From Syntrophales bacterium (lineage in GTDB: Bacteria > Desulfobacterota > Syntrophia > Syntrophales > UBA8958), in assembly GCA_035448805.1 (NCBI GenBank), contig DAOTJR010000003.1, positions 66,062 through 130,061 on the forward strand: a DNA stretch of 64,000 nucleotides. Reading direction: 5' to 3'. The notes beneath the pieces are model-generated. The model saw only the letters and a program-made list of their open reading frames with translations. It searched no databases and was not told the DNA's origin. Shown piece after piece: positions 1-9,085 of this stretch (positions are counted from its first letter, which is position 1; the number at the start of each line of letters is the position of its first letter). Made by a program: the position numbers and the translations under genes.

Positions 1-1
1 T

Positions 2-868
2 TTCCGGCGGGTCAAGGAAAAGGAACCCATCCCCTGGGATCTCAAGCTCAAGCACCGGATCGCCGAAAAACTGGTTTTGGAAAAGCTCCGCAACCTCGTG
101 GGCGGAAGGATCCGCTTCTTCCCCTGCGCCGGCGCCCCCCTTTCCAAACACATCGAGGAATTCTTCCACTCCGTGGGGATCCCCATCAAATACGGCTACG
201 GACTCACGGAAACCACGGCGACGGTCACCTGCCACGAGGAATATCACTACCGCCCGGGTACGGTCGGCAAGCCCATCTACGGCGTGGACGTAAAGATCGC
301 CCCCAACGGCGAGATCCTCGTCCGGGGAGAGACGGTCATGAAGGGTTACTACAAGAAGCCGGAGGATACGGCGGCGGTATTCGAGGGCAACTGGTTCAAG
401 ACGGGCGATGTTGGGGTCATCGAAGACGGCTACCTCACCATCACCGACCGGATCAAGGACCTGATGAAGACCTCCGGGGGCAAATATATCGCCCCCCAGC
501 TCATCGAGACCACGGTCGGGAAGGATCATTTCATTGAGCAGATCTCCATCATCGGGGACGAGCGCAAATATGTCTCCGCCCTCATCGTCCCCGCTTTCGA
601 GGCCCTGGAGGGCTACGCCCAGAGCCGCAAGATCTCCTACACCTCCCGGGAGGATCTCATCGGCCATCCCGAGATCGTCCAGTTCTACCAGGAACGGATC
701 GAAGAAAACCAAAAGGAGCTGGCCGGTTTCGAAAAAATCAAGAAATTCAAATTGCTGGCCAAGCCGTTTACCCAGGAGGACGGAGAGATGACCCCGACGA
801 TGAAACTCAAGCGCAAGGTCATCAACGAGAAATACCGGGATCTTATCGACAGTATGTACGGCGGGTAG
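2..868 (+). CDS. AMP-forming (long-chain) acyl-CoA synthetase, C-terminal part; the 5' end lies upstream of the window
   Basis: The frame is open from nt 2, so the tracked ORF start at 77 is an internal TTG. Motifs GYGLTETT, WFKTGDVG, SGGKYIAPQ and PTMKLKRK are core motifs of adenylate-forming ligases. Confidence 0.85.
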   Translation, partial: FRRVKEKEPIPWDLKLKHRIAEKLVLEKLRNLVGGRIRFFPCAGAPLSKHIEEFFHSVGIPIKYGYGLTETTATVTCHEEYHYRPGTVGKPIYGVDVKIAPNGEILVRGETVMKGYYKKPEDTAAVFEGNWFKTGDVGVIEDGYLTITDRIKDLMKTSGGKYIAPQLIETTVGKDHFIEQISIIGDERKYVSALIVPAFEALEGYAQSRKISYTSREDLIGHPEIVQFYQERIEENQKELAGFEKIKKFKLLAKPFTQEDGEMTPTMKLKRKVINEKYRDLIDSMYGG

Positions 869-874
869 GCGGCG

Positions 875-1321
875 ATGAAATATGAAAAGGCACAATTAGG
901 CCGGGTTTTTGTCCTGCGTCTGGAAGATGGCGAGATCGTTCATGAAACAATCGAGGCCTTCGCCCGGGAACAGGGCATCAGGGCGGCGGCCCTGTTGATC
1001 CTCGGCGGTGCCGACAACGGCAGCTCCGTCGTCGTCGGGCCCCGGGAGGATCGCCTGCTCCCCGTCATCCCCATGACCCATATCCTCACGCATGCCCATG
1101 AAACAGTGGGGACCGGCACCCTTTTCCCCGACGAGGACGGCAACCCGCTGCTCCACATGCACATGGCTTGCGGGCGCGGGGAGGAGACCGTTACCGGCTG
1201 CATCCGGAGCGGGGTCAAAGTCTGGCGGGTCATGGAGGTGATCGTTTTTGAATTGTCGGCAACCCGGGCCGTCCGGCGCCCGGAGCCGCCCATGGATTTC
1301 CGTCTGCTTCAGCCGGGCTGA
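875..1321 (+). CDS. PPC/DUF296-like domain protein
   Basis: 148-aa ORF starting 6 nt after the ligase stop. The N-terminal pattern (GRVFVLRLEDGEIVHETIEAFAREQGIRAA...LGG) resembles DUF296/PPC domain proteins. Recognised by eye only. Confidence 0.55.
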   Translation: MKYEKAQLGRVFVLRLEDGEIVHETIEAFAREQGIRAAALLILGGADNGSSVVVGPREDRLLPVIPMTHILTHAHETVGTGTLFPDEDGNPLLHMHMACGRGEETVTGCIRSGVKVWRVMEVIVFELSATRAVRRPEPPMDFRLLQPG

Positions 1322-1392
1322 ACGGTCGGTCGGCCCGCGCCGTTTCCCGGTTCCCGTGCGTTTCCGTCCCGGGGTCGGCGCCGGCCGAAAGA

Positions 1393-2133
1393 TCAGCGAT
1401 CGTTCCTCCCCGTGACGATCGCTTCCCTGCGGCTGACGTTTATGACCGGTGCGCACCGCGCCGGGTCGGTAACCGCCCCATCGACCGTAACATAACTCTT
1501 GACCGCCCGAACGTAGACGGCCTTCACCTTCTCTCCCAGAACCTCGAGGCTTTCGATCCGGAAGCCCGCTTTCTCGATCAGGGAGGCCATCTGCCGCGGG
1601 GTATAATTGTTCAGACCTCCCGGCGGCGGCAACCCGAACCTCTCGAAATACCTCTTCCCGATTTCGAGTTTATCCAGGGCATCCAGGTCGTAATCCGTAT
1701 AGGCGGCGGCGATGAGAACACCCCCGTATTTCAGGACGCGGTGTGTCTGGCGGAGGGCGGGACGGGATGGGGAGAGGGTATTGAGGATATTGACCATCAA
1801 AACCGTGTCGAAGCTCGTGGGGGTGAAGATGGGGCGACCGCAGTCGGCCTGGAGAAACGAGATGGTGGGCATGCCCTGGAGACGCGCCCTCGCCGCGGCG
1901 ATCATCTCTCCGGAAAGGTCCAGAGCCACAATGCGCACCGCCCGGCCGGCAACGGCCCGGGTGAAATATCCTGTCCCACAGCCGCATTCGAGCAGGACTC
2001 CCAGATCCCCCTCCCGGGATAAACGCCGGAACAGCGACCTCCGGAGCGACCTGCCGACTACATAATCCGTATCCCGGTCGTAAGTCGTGGCATAACGACC
2101 CCAGTAGTTATGGATCTGTCTAGATACCGGCAT
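1393..2133 (-). CDS. Class I SAM-dependent methyltransferase
   Basis: 246-aa ORF with SAM-binding motif I (VLLECGCGTGYFT) and post-I acidic residue (VALDLS). The overlapping opposite-strand ORFs have no motifs. Confidence 0.8.
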   Translation of the reverse strand: MPVSRQIHNYWGRYATTYDRDTDYVVGRSLRRSLFRRLSREGDLGVLLECGCGTGYFTRAVAGRAVRIVALDLSGEMIAAARARLQGMPTISFLQADCGRPIFTPTSFDTVLMVNILNTLSPSRPALRQTHRVLKYGGVLIAAAYTDYDLDALDKLEIGKRYFERFGLPPPGGLNNYTPRQMASLIEKAGFRIESLEVLGEKVKAVYVRAVKSYVTVDGAVTDPARCAPVINVSRREAIVTGRNDR

Positions 2134-2466
2134 CGTCTCTCCCGTAGCAGTTGCGGCGGTGCTTGGGTCGGGAACTATCCCGGCCCGGGTCGTTATATTT
2201 AATCTCAGATAACCGCCCTCCCCGTCAACCGGAAAAAGCGCTCGCCCTTTTCCATTCCCGATGGCGGGTGTGTCGCCGGCCGGGCGTTTCCCTGCCTCCG
2301 GCCGCCGCTCCCCTCCTCTTCAAGATGCCTCCCCTTCATGGAACAGAAAAAAGCGGTCCCTGCATGCTTTGCAAAACCGGACAATTCCCTTTGCCCCTGC
2401 CACGCGGCAAATAAAGTTTGCCAGATCGACGCAGCTGGAGTATAAAAGGCGGGAAAGGAGGGCATC

Positions 2467-3120
2467 ATGCAGAAGCTTTTCGTGAGCACCGTTGCCGTTT
2501 TGCTGATTCTTTTCTTCGCTCCCCCTCATGCCGTTACCCAGGAATTTCAGGAGATTCCCCTGGTCAAGCCCCAGATGGACAGCGGCCGGCTCCTCATGCA
2601 CGTCCTGAAGGACCGTCGCTCTTCCCGGGAATTCAGCAGCCGTAAGCTGCCCATCCGCGTAATCTCCAACCTGCTCTGGAGCGCCTGCGGGATCAACCGC
2701 CCCGATTCGGGAAAGCGAACCGCCCCCTCGGCCGCAAACTGGCAGGAAATCGATGTTTATGTGGCGACGGCCCGGGGTTTGTACGTCTATAACCCCCGCC
2801 GGCACAGCCTTCAACCCGTCCTGGCCCAAGACATCCGCGCCCTGACGGGTTCTCAGTCCTATTTCAAAGACGCCCCCATCGATCTGATCTATGTGGCCGA
2901 TTACACACGGATGGCAAACGCCGCCGCCGAGGCGAAAGACCTCTATGCGGCCGTCGATACGGGGTTCATAAGCCAGAATGTATATCTGTACTGCGCTTCC
3001 GAAGGGCTGGCGACGGTGGCGCGGGGCACCATGGACCGGGCGGCGCTCGGACAGGCCATGAAGCTGCGGGCGGAACAGCGTATCATCCTTGCCCAGACGG
3101 TAGGGTACCCAAAAAAATAA
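2467..3120 (+). CDS. Nitroreductase-family protein with an N-terminal signal-like segment
   Basis: GGAGG-type RBS upstream of the ATG. Hydrophobic N terminus, then RRSSREF...LLWSACGINR...SAANWQEIDVYV, typical of the nitroreductase fold. Confidence 0.75.
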   Translation: MQKLFVSTVAVLLILFFAPPHAVTQEFQEIPLVKPQMDSGRLLMHVLKDRRSSREFSSRKLPIRVISNLLWSACGINRPDSGKRTAPSAANWQEIDVYVATARGLYVYNPRRHSLQPVLAQDIRALTGSQSYFKDAPIDLIYVADYTRMANAAAEAKDLYAAVDTGFISQNVYLYCASEGLATVARGTMDRAALGQAMKLRAEQRIILAQTVGYPKK

Positions 3121-3207
3121 CCGGGAAAGAACCGACGCCGCCGGCATGCCTTTTCCAGGCAAAACAGGGGGGAGACGTCAAACCTTCCCGGCTTGGCGTT
3201 TAGAACT

Positions 3208-3624
3208 ATGCCCTTTTCACTCCTGGCCGACATCGTCTTCGTCATTCATCTCCTCTTTATCATGTTCGTCGTCGGCGGCGGTCTCCTGGTCCTGGCGGAC
3301 AGAAAGTGGGCCTGGCTGCACCTTCCCGCCGCCCTCTGGGGAGCCCTAGTCGAATTGACGGGCTGGGTCTGCCCCCTCACCCCCCTGGAAAACTGGTTGC
3401 GCCGGCAGGGCGGCGCGACGGCAGACACTTCCGATTTCGTCTCCAGGTACCTAGTCGCGCTTATCTACCCGGAAGGGATGACCCGGCAAGAACAGATCCT
3501 CCTCGGCATCGCCGTCCTCATAATCAACGCCGGGATTTACGGCCGGCTCGTGATCAGGTGCCGGAGACACCGCCGGAAGGATAACCCGGACGGCCCGACC
3601 ATCTCTTTACCGGACGAAAGATAA
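3208..3624 (+). CDS. DUF2784-like small membrane protein
   Basis: The tracked ORF starts at a TTG (3193); the first ATG is at 3208. Hydrophobic helices and the CPLTPLENWLR motif are characteristic of DUF2784. Confidence 0.65.
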   Translation: MPFSLLADIVFVIHLLFIMFVVGGGLLVLADRKWAWLHLPAALWGALVELTGWVCPLTPLENWLRRQGGATADTSDFVSRYLVALIYPEGMTRQEQILLGIAVLIINAGIYGRLVIRCRRHRRKDNPDGPTISLPDER

Positions 3625-3792
3625 CACCCGACTTGTGGAATCCAATTTTGCAATCATTTGTATTTGTCAGTGAGAAAACAAATCATGAAGCTAATAAATC
3701 CAAACACTTAAATGGTTTGACGGACGTAACATAGGTGGTTCGGTTGGAACCTTTTCGTCGTTCGCGGGTGCCGCCCCGATATGATAATTCAT

Positions 3793-3915
3793 ATGAAACC
3801 CGCATGACGGCTTGCCGTCACTAATCAGGATGAAAATTGCGGACGCGCTCCGCAGTGTCCGCAGCGGCCCCGTCAATGATAAACCCTTGTAGATCAATAA
3901 CATATGCACGCATTT
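3793..3915 (-). repeat. Intergenic repeat, copy A (conserved core), inverted relative to copy B at 15529..15652
   Basis: The reverse complement of 3793..3915 aligns base by base with 15529..15652: about 11 mismatches and one 1-nt indel over 124 nt. It contains the hairpin TGACGG-N4-CCGTCA and a GCGGAC...GTCCGC stem. Confidence 0.85.
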
Positions 3916-4043
3916 GCGAGTGAAAATGTCGACAAATGCCGGATTATTTTCATGCTTCGCTGTGCCAACGCCGGACATGGGGTTTTCACGGGCGCATCAA
4001 TTTTATGAGATCAGATTTGTCCTTTCGGAAGGCGGGGAAAAGA

Positions 4044-4088
4044 GAAAAGGGAAAAGGAGTCTGTTTTTAGTGCCCCTTTTCCCTTTTC
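4044..4088. terminator. Hairpin downstream of the c-subunit gene (14-bp perfect stem, 17-nt loop)
   Basis: GAAAAGGGAAAAGG (4044-4057) is the exact reverse complement of CCTTTTCCCTTTTC (4075-4088). On the minus strand it is followed by a U-rich stretch (TCTTTTCC). Confidence 0.5.
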
Positions 4089-4119
4089 GATAATTACGGA
4101 GATATGTAAATAGCGCTTT

Positions 4120-4494
4120 TTATCCGGCGATGCCCGCAAACTTGAGGAGCGGGTTGGCATACAGGATAACGAGCGAAACGACCAGCGCGTAGATCGCGAC
4201 TGATTCGGTCATGGCCATACCGACCATCATGGTAAGCATGATTTTGCCCTGAGCTTCGGGATTTCTACCGACGGCGTTGTTGGCGCCACTGGTCGCCTGA
4301 CCGAGACCGAGACCGGCTCCCACCGCCCCGATGCCCATGGCCAGACCGGCCGCCAGAACACTGCAACCGAGGATGATCGCCTTCGTATAGTCCACAGCCC
4401 CGCCCGGTGCCGCCGCTTCCGCAGCCATCGCCAAAGGAGCCACAAACAGTACCAACACCGCAGCCAGGATACCCCTTACCAAACCTTTTCTCAT
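4120..4494 (-). CDS. atpE: F0F1 ATP synthase subunit c paralog 1, with a signal-peptide-like N-terminal extension
   Basis: ATG at 4494 is preceded by AAAGGAGG; the tracked ORF extends further upstream without an RBS. GxGxGxGQ helix 1, RNP loop, carboxylate motif AMTESVAIY and C-terminal LYANP. The N terminus ends AMA/AE. Confidence 0.85.
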   Translation of the reverse strand: MRKGLVRGILAAVLVLFVAPLAMAAEAAAPGGAVDYTKAIILGCSVLAAGLAMGIGAVGAGLGLGQATSGANNAVGRNPEAQGKIMLTMMVGMAMTESVAIYALVVSLVILYANPLLKFAGIAG

Positions 4495-4725
4495 TTCTTT
4501 CCTCCTTTTAATAGATTGTTTTTCCCTAATCTTTGACCTGTTTCCCAAGCAATGACTTTCTCTTTCCCGGCACCGCACCTCCTTTCCTATCACCGGCGTA
4601 AGCGACATCCACCACCAGTGTAACATTACTGCGGTTCACATATAAAACCATGCTGGAGATGTCAAGAAATATTTGGCGTCCGGCGAGGGAAATATGCTAT
4701 AGAGCCCGCACAAAAACCGGGAAGG

Positions 4726-5211
4726 ATGAATTTGTCGATAAATATCGTTTTTTCGGATCATGAAAAGGCACTGGCCCGCCTCCTTCAAGGGGACATCCCC
4801 GCGGTCGGCCGCCCCTTTCAGGAAATCGCCGCCGCGACAGGCCAGACGGAAGCGGTGGTCCTGGACCTGATCGAAAGGCTCCGGAGCCAAGGGGTCATGC
4901 GCAAATTCGGCGCGGTGCTCCGTCATCACGAGCTGGGTTTTGTCAACAACGCCATGGTGGTCTGGGCGGTGCCGGCGAATCGTGTCGAGGCGGCGGGACG
5001 CCTGCTGGCGGCGCACCGGGAGATCACCCACTGTTATGAAAGGACCCCCCCCTTTCTCGGCAAATACAATCTGTTCTCCATGCTCCACGGCAAAGCGGAC
5101 GCTCCCGACACCCTCATCGGGGAGCTCGCCGGCGCGTTGGGGGGTGTCGATTACCTGATCCTGAGGAGTCGGGAAGAATTGAAAAAAATCTCGATGGAGT
5201 ACTTCATATAA
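4726..5211 (+). CDS. Siroheme decarboxylase subunit (AhbA/AhbB, NirD/L/G/H family)
   Basis: 161 aa. Lrp/AsnC-like N-terminal HTH region plus a C-terminal domain with HCYER and the NLFSMLH pattern typical of Ahb/Nir siroheme decarboxylases. Its stop overlaps the hemL start. Confidence 0.65.
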   Translation: MNLSINIVFSDHEKALARLLQGDIPAVGRPFQEIAAATGQTEAVVLDLIERLRSQGVMRKFGAVLRHHELGFVNNAMVVWAVPANRVEAAGRLLAAHREITHCYERTPPFLGKYNLFSMLHGKADAPDTLIGELAGALGGVDYLILRSREELKKISMEYFI

Positions 5212-6491
5212 TGGAAAAATCGGAAACTCTTTTTGCCCGGGCGGGAAAACTTATGCCCGGCGGTGTCAACAGCCCGGTACGGGCCTTCAAGGCCGTAGGG
5301 GGGGCGCCGCTTTTCATGAGCTCCGGACGGGGTTCACGGATCTGCGATGTGGACGGAAAGGAATACGTGGATTATCTCATGTCCTGGGGACCCCTGATCC
5401 TCGGTCATGCCCCCGCGGCGGTGGTGGAGGCGATCAAGTTGCAGGCGGAAAAAGGAACCAGCTTCGGCGCCCCCACGCCTCTGGAAGTGGAACTCGCCGG
5501 GACGATTATCGAGGCCTTTCCCGCCATGGAGATGATCCGGATGATGAGTTCGGGAACGGAAGCGGTAATGACGGCCCTGCGCCTGGCCCGGGCCTGTACG
5601 GGCCGGGAAAAGATCATCAAATTCGCGGGCTGCTATCACGGCCATAGTGACGCCATGCTGGTCAAAGCCGGTTCCGGGGTGGCCACTTTGGGCATCCCCG
5701 ACAGCCCTGGCGTCCCGGCAAAGCTCGCCGGCCTGACCATCACCCTGCCCTTCAACGATACCGGGGCGGTCACCGCTGCTTTCGCGGCCCATGGCCCCGA
5801 CATCGCCGCCGTCATCGTCGAGCCCGTCGCCGGCAACATGGGGGTGGTGCCGCCGCAACCCGGCTTTCTCCTGCGGCTCCGGGAACTGACCGCCGCCAAC
5901 GGCACGCTCCTCATCTACGACGAAGTCATCACCGGTTTCCGCCTGGCCTGGGGAGGATACCAGGGAAAAGACGTCATCGATCCCGACCTTACCTGTCTGG
6001 GCAAGATCATCGGCGGCGGCCTCCCCGTGGGAGCCGTCGGGGGGAAGCGGGTTGTCATGGAGCAGCTGGCCCCTCTGGGTCCCGTATATCAGGCCGGCAC
6101 CCTTTCCGGCAACCCCCTGGCCATGGCTGCCGGTCTGACGACCCTCACCCTTCTTAAAGAAAGCAGGGAGTGCTACGATGTCCTCAACAGATATGCCTTC
6201 AGCCTCTGCGAAGAGATGAGGGAAATGTTCAGCAACAAGGGAATCCCCGTGACGATCAACCGCGTCGGTTCCATGTTCACCGTCTTTTTTACCCCCGGAC
6301 CCGTCATTGACCTGGATACGGCCCGTCGTGCCGACACGGAAATTTTCGCCCGCTTCTTTTGGGGCATGTTGCGCAACGGCGTCAATCCCCCTCCCTCCCA
6401 GTTCGAGGCCTGGTTCGTCTCCCTGGCCCATAACCTCCTCGACGCGGAGCAGACCCTGGAAGCCTGCAAACGAACCCTGGAGACGCTATGA
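5211..6491 (+). CDS. hemL: Glutamate-1-semialdehyde 2,1-aminomutase
   Basis: 426 aa. GGVNSPVRAF, MSWGPLILGH, DEVITGFR and the PLP-lysine motif CLGKIIGGG are all present. Confidence 0.95.
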   Translation: MEKSETLFARAGKLMPGGVNSPVRAFKAVGGAPLFMSSGRGSRICDVDGKEYVDYLMSWGPLILGHAPAAVVEAIKLQAEKGTSFGAPTPLEVELAGTIIEAFPAMEMIRMMSSGTEAVMTALRLARACTGREKIIKFAGCYHGHSDAMLVKAGSGVATLGIPDSPGVPAKLAGLTITLPFNDTGAVTAAFAAHGPDIAAVIVEPVAGNMGVVPPQPGFLLRLRELTAANGTLLIYDEVITGFRLAWGGYQGKDVIDPDLTCLGKIIGGGLPVGAVGGKRVVMEQLAPLGPVYQAGTLSGNPLAMAAGLTTLTLLKESRECYDVLNRYAFSLCEEMREMFSNKGIPVTINRVGSMFTVFFTPGPVIDLDTARRADTEIFARFFWGMLRNGVNPPPSQFEAWFVSLAHNLLDAEQTLEACKRTLETL

Positions 6492-7807
6492 ACTTACTGC
6501 CCGCCTACGAAGATTTCGTCCAAAAGCGGGAGCGGATCGCCGTGGTAGGCCTGGGCTACGTCGGTCTGCCCCTGGCCGTCCATCTTTCCCGGCATTTCTC
6601 CGTCGTGGGATTCGATATCAAGGAGACCCGGATCCGACAGTTACAGTTGGGGATAGATCAAACCCTGGAGGTGACGCTGGAGCAGCTCAAGGCGGCGGCG
6701 GTGAACTTCACCACCGATCCCCGCCTCCTGAAGCAATGCCGGCTGATCATAATCGCCGTCCCCACCCCCATCGACGCCTCCCGCATCCCCGATCTCCGGG
6801 CCTTGAAACGGGCCTCGAAGCTGGTCGGCGGACAGCTATGCCGCGGCTCCTGCGTGGTCTATGAATCCACCGTCTATCCCGGAGTCACGGAGGAGATCTG
6901 CGCCCCCGTTCTCGAGGAGGAGTCCGGACTGGCCCTGGGAAAGGACTTTACCGTGGGCTATTCCCCGGAGAGGATCAACCCCGGCGACAAGGTCCACACC
7001 CTGGAAAACATCGTCAAGATCGTTTCCGGCTGGGACGGGGAAACGGTGGCCCTCCTCGGTGACATCTATGGGACGGTGGTCAAGGCGGGGATCTACACCG
7101 CCTCTTCCATCAAGGTGGCGGAGGCGGCCAAGGTTATCGAGAACACTCAGCGGGACATCAACATCGCCCTGATGAACGAGTTGTCCATCATCTTCCAGCG
7201 ACTGGGTATCGACACCCTCGAAGTATTGGCCGCGGCAGGAACGAAGTGGAATTTTCTGCCCTTTCGCCCCGGACTTGTGGGGGGGCATTGTATCGGTGTC
7301 GATCCCTATTACCTCACCTACAAGGCCGAAAGCCTGGGCTACCACCCCGAAATGATCCTGGCGGGGCGCCGGATCAACGACGGGATGGGTAAATACATCG
7401 CCGAACGGACGGTTAAGATGCTGATCGCGGCCGACAAACCGGTCCGGAAGGCCCGTGTTGCCGTCCTCGGCCTTACCTTCAAGGAAAACATCCCGGACAT
7501 TCGCAACACAAAGGTGGTCGATATCATAAATGAATTGAAAGGATACGGGATAGAGGTCTTCGTTCACGACCCCTTCGCCGATGTGTCCGAAGTGCGGTCG
7601 CATTACGATCTGACCCTGACGCCCCTCAAAGATATCACCGGGATGGATGCCCTCATCATCGCCGTCGCCCACGACGATTACCGGGATCTCGGTCTGTCCG
7701 GCATCGCCGCCCGGTGCCGGGACGGGAACCCCGTGGTGGCGGACATAAAGGGGATCTTCTCCGCCCGGGAGGCGACGGAGCTGGGCATCCACTACTGGAG
7801 CCTATAG
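6488..7807 (+). CDS. Nucleotide-sugar 6-dehydrogenase (UDP-GlcNAc/UDP-ManNAc dehydrogenase type, TviB/WbpO-like)
   Basis: ATGA overlap with the hemL stop. N-terminal Rossmann motif VVGLGYVGLP, catalytic GGHCIGVDP, and typical length of 439 aa. Confidence 0.85.
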   Translation: MNLLPAYEDFVQKRERIAVVGLGYVGLPLAVHLSRHFSVVGFDIKETRIRQLQLGIDQTLEVTLEQLKAAAVNFTTDPRLLKQCRLIIIAVPTPIDASRIPDLRALKRASKLVGGQLCRGSCVVYESTVYPGVTEEICAPVLEEESGLALGKDFTVGYSPERINPGDKVHTLENIVKIVSGWDGETVALLGDIYGTVVKAGIYTASSIKVAEAAKVIENTQRDINIALMNELSIIFQRLGIDTLEVLAAAGTKWNFLPFRPGLVGGHCIGVDPYYLTYKAESLGYHPEMILAGRRINDGMGKYIAERTVKMLIAADKPVRKARVAVLGLTFKENIPDIRNTKVVDIINELKGYGIEVFVHDPFADVSEVRSHYDLTLTPLKDITGMDALIIAVAHDDYRDLGLSGIAARCRDGNPVVADIKGIFSAREATELGIHYWSL

Positions 7808-7909
7808 GAGACAACATCGACGGGCATGAAAATGTCGGTACGCGGTTGATTGTTTTAATCTTTTGTACTGGTTACCTGCGGGCATGAGAAGGTAAGAGGA
7901 GCGTCGATC

Positions 7910-8926
7910 ATGGACAGGATACTCGTTACAGGAGCCGCCGGCTTCATCGGCTTCCATCTGGCGAAAAGGTTGCTGGCCGCCGGCAGGACCGTCGTCGGCG
8001 TGGACAATCTCAACCCCTATTACGATGTGCGCCTGAAGGAAGACCGACTGCGGATCCTGGCGGAAGACGGCGCCTTCCGGTTTTCTCGTCTCGATATCGC
8101 GGACCGGGACGCCCTGGCATCCCTCTTCGCCCGGGAACAACCCCGAATCGTGGTCCATCTGGCCGCCCAGGCCGGGGTCCGGTACTCCCTGATCAACCCC
8201 TATGCCTATCTCGACAGCAATCTCGCGGGCTTCCTGAACATCCTGGAAGGCTGCCGCCATCACGGGGTCTCTCACCTCGTTTACGCCTCTTCCAGTTCCG
8301 TTTACGGCGGCAACACCCGACTGCCGTTTTCGGTACATCACAATGTGGATCACCCCGTCAGCCTCTATGCGGCAACGAAGAAGGCCAACGAACTCATGGC
8401 CCACGCCTATGCCGCCCTTTACCGGCTCCCCTGCACGGGCCTGCGCTTTTTCACCGTTTACGGGCCCTGGGGTCGACCGGACATGGCCCTGTTCCTTTTC
8501 ACCCGGGCCATCCTCGCCGGCGAACCTATCGACGTCTATAACGAGGGACGGATGGAACGGGATTTCACCTACATCGACGATATCGTCGAGGGTGTCCTGC
8601 GGGTCATGGAGCAGCCGCCCGCCCCGGATCCGGCCTGGGACGGTGAACATCCGGACCCCGCGGCGAGTTTTGCCCCCTACCGCCTCTACAATATCGGCAA
8701 CCACCAACCGGTGCCGCTCCTCGATTTCATCGCCGCCCTGGAAAAGAGCCTCGGAAAGAAGGCCCGGATGCGCCTCCTCCCCCTCCAACCCGGCGATGTC
8801 CCGGCGACCTGCGCCGATGTGGAGGACCTGGCGGCGGCCGTAGGATTCAGCCCGGCCACCCCTGTGGCCACGGGTATCGAGCGCTTTGTGGACTGGTACA
8901 GAAAATACTATCTTGGCCGGGAATGA
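7910..8926 (+). CDS. NAD-dependent nucleotide-sugar 4-epimerase (UDP-glucuronate/GlcNAcA 4-epimerase type)
   Basis: VTGAAGFIGFHL Rossmann motif and SDR catalytic YAATKKANE. 338 aa. Confidence 0.85.
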   Translation: MDRILVTGAAGFIGFHLAKRLLAAGRTVVGVDNLNPYYDVRLKEDRLRILAEDGAFRFSRLDIADRDALASLFAREQPRIVVHLAAQAGVRYSLINPYAYLDSNLAGFLNILEGCRHHGVSHLVYASSSSVYGGNTRLPFSVHHNVDHPVSLYAATKKANELMAHAYAALYRLPCTGLRFFTVYGPWGRPDMALFLFTRAILAGEPIDVYNEGRMERDFTYIDDIVEGVLRVMEQPPAPDPAWDGEHPDPAASFAPYRLYNIGNHQPVPLLDFIAALEKSLGKKARMRLLPLQPGDVPATCADVEDLAAAVGFSPATPVATGIERFVDWYRKYYLGRE

Positions 8927-9085
8927 TATGATAAGCAGGCCCGGTCACCGGCGGACAAAGGTTTATGAAACTTCACCAAACCCCATCGCCGCCGGCGGAA
9001 ACGACAAAAGATCTAAACAACCGGGCGCTACCCGGCATTTTCATCTCAATGAAGCGGATCAAGAACAGGGAGGAGATTTAAAGAA

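Noticed and set aside
3691-3978. A 95-aa ORF inside repeat copy A. ORFs 15224-15499 (plus) and 15254-15589 (minus) lie inside copy B.
   Set aside because: The two repeat copies differ by a 1-nt indel and a roughly 190-nt deletion, so no reading frame is shared between them. There are no RBSs and no motifs. Conservation is better explained at the nucleotide or structure level.
7825-7840. The recurrent 8-mer ATGAAAAT in several intergenic regions (about 3829, 3947 rc, 7829, 9040 rc, 12903 rc, 15347, 15609 rc)
   Set aside because: It also occurs inside coding sequence (for example about 37785 in ppsA). Intergenic regions here are AT-richer, so enrichment cannot be judged by eye. Short peptides starting at these ATGs are not conserved between copies.
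8930-9060. A possible third, very divergent copy of the intergenic repeat upstream of gmd (GGTTTATGAAAC..., and CCGGCATTTTCATCTC matching ATGAAAATG.CGGG..GCGC at 17 of 21 positions)
   Set aside because: The similarity is patchy and short, and I cannot distinguish it from chance without a scored alignment. It is not reported as a repeat copy.
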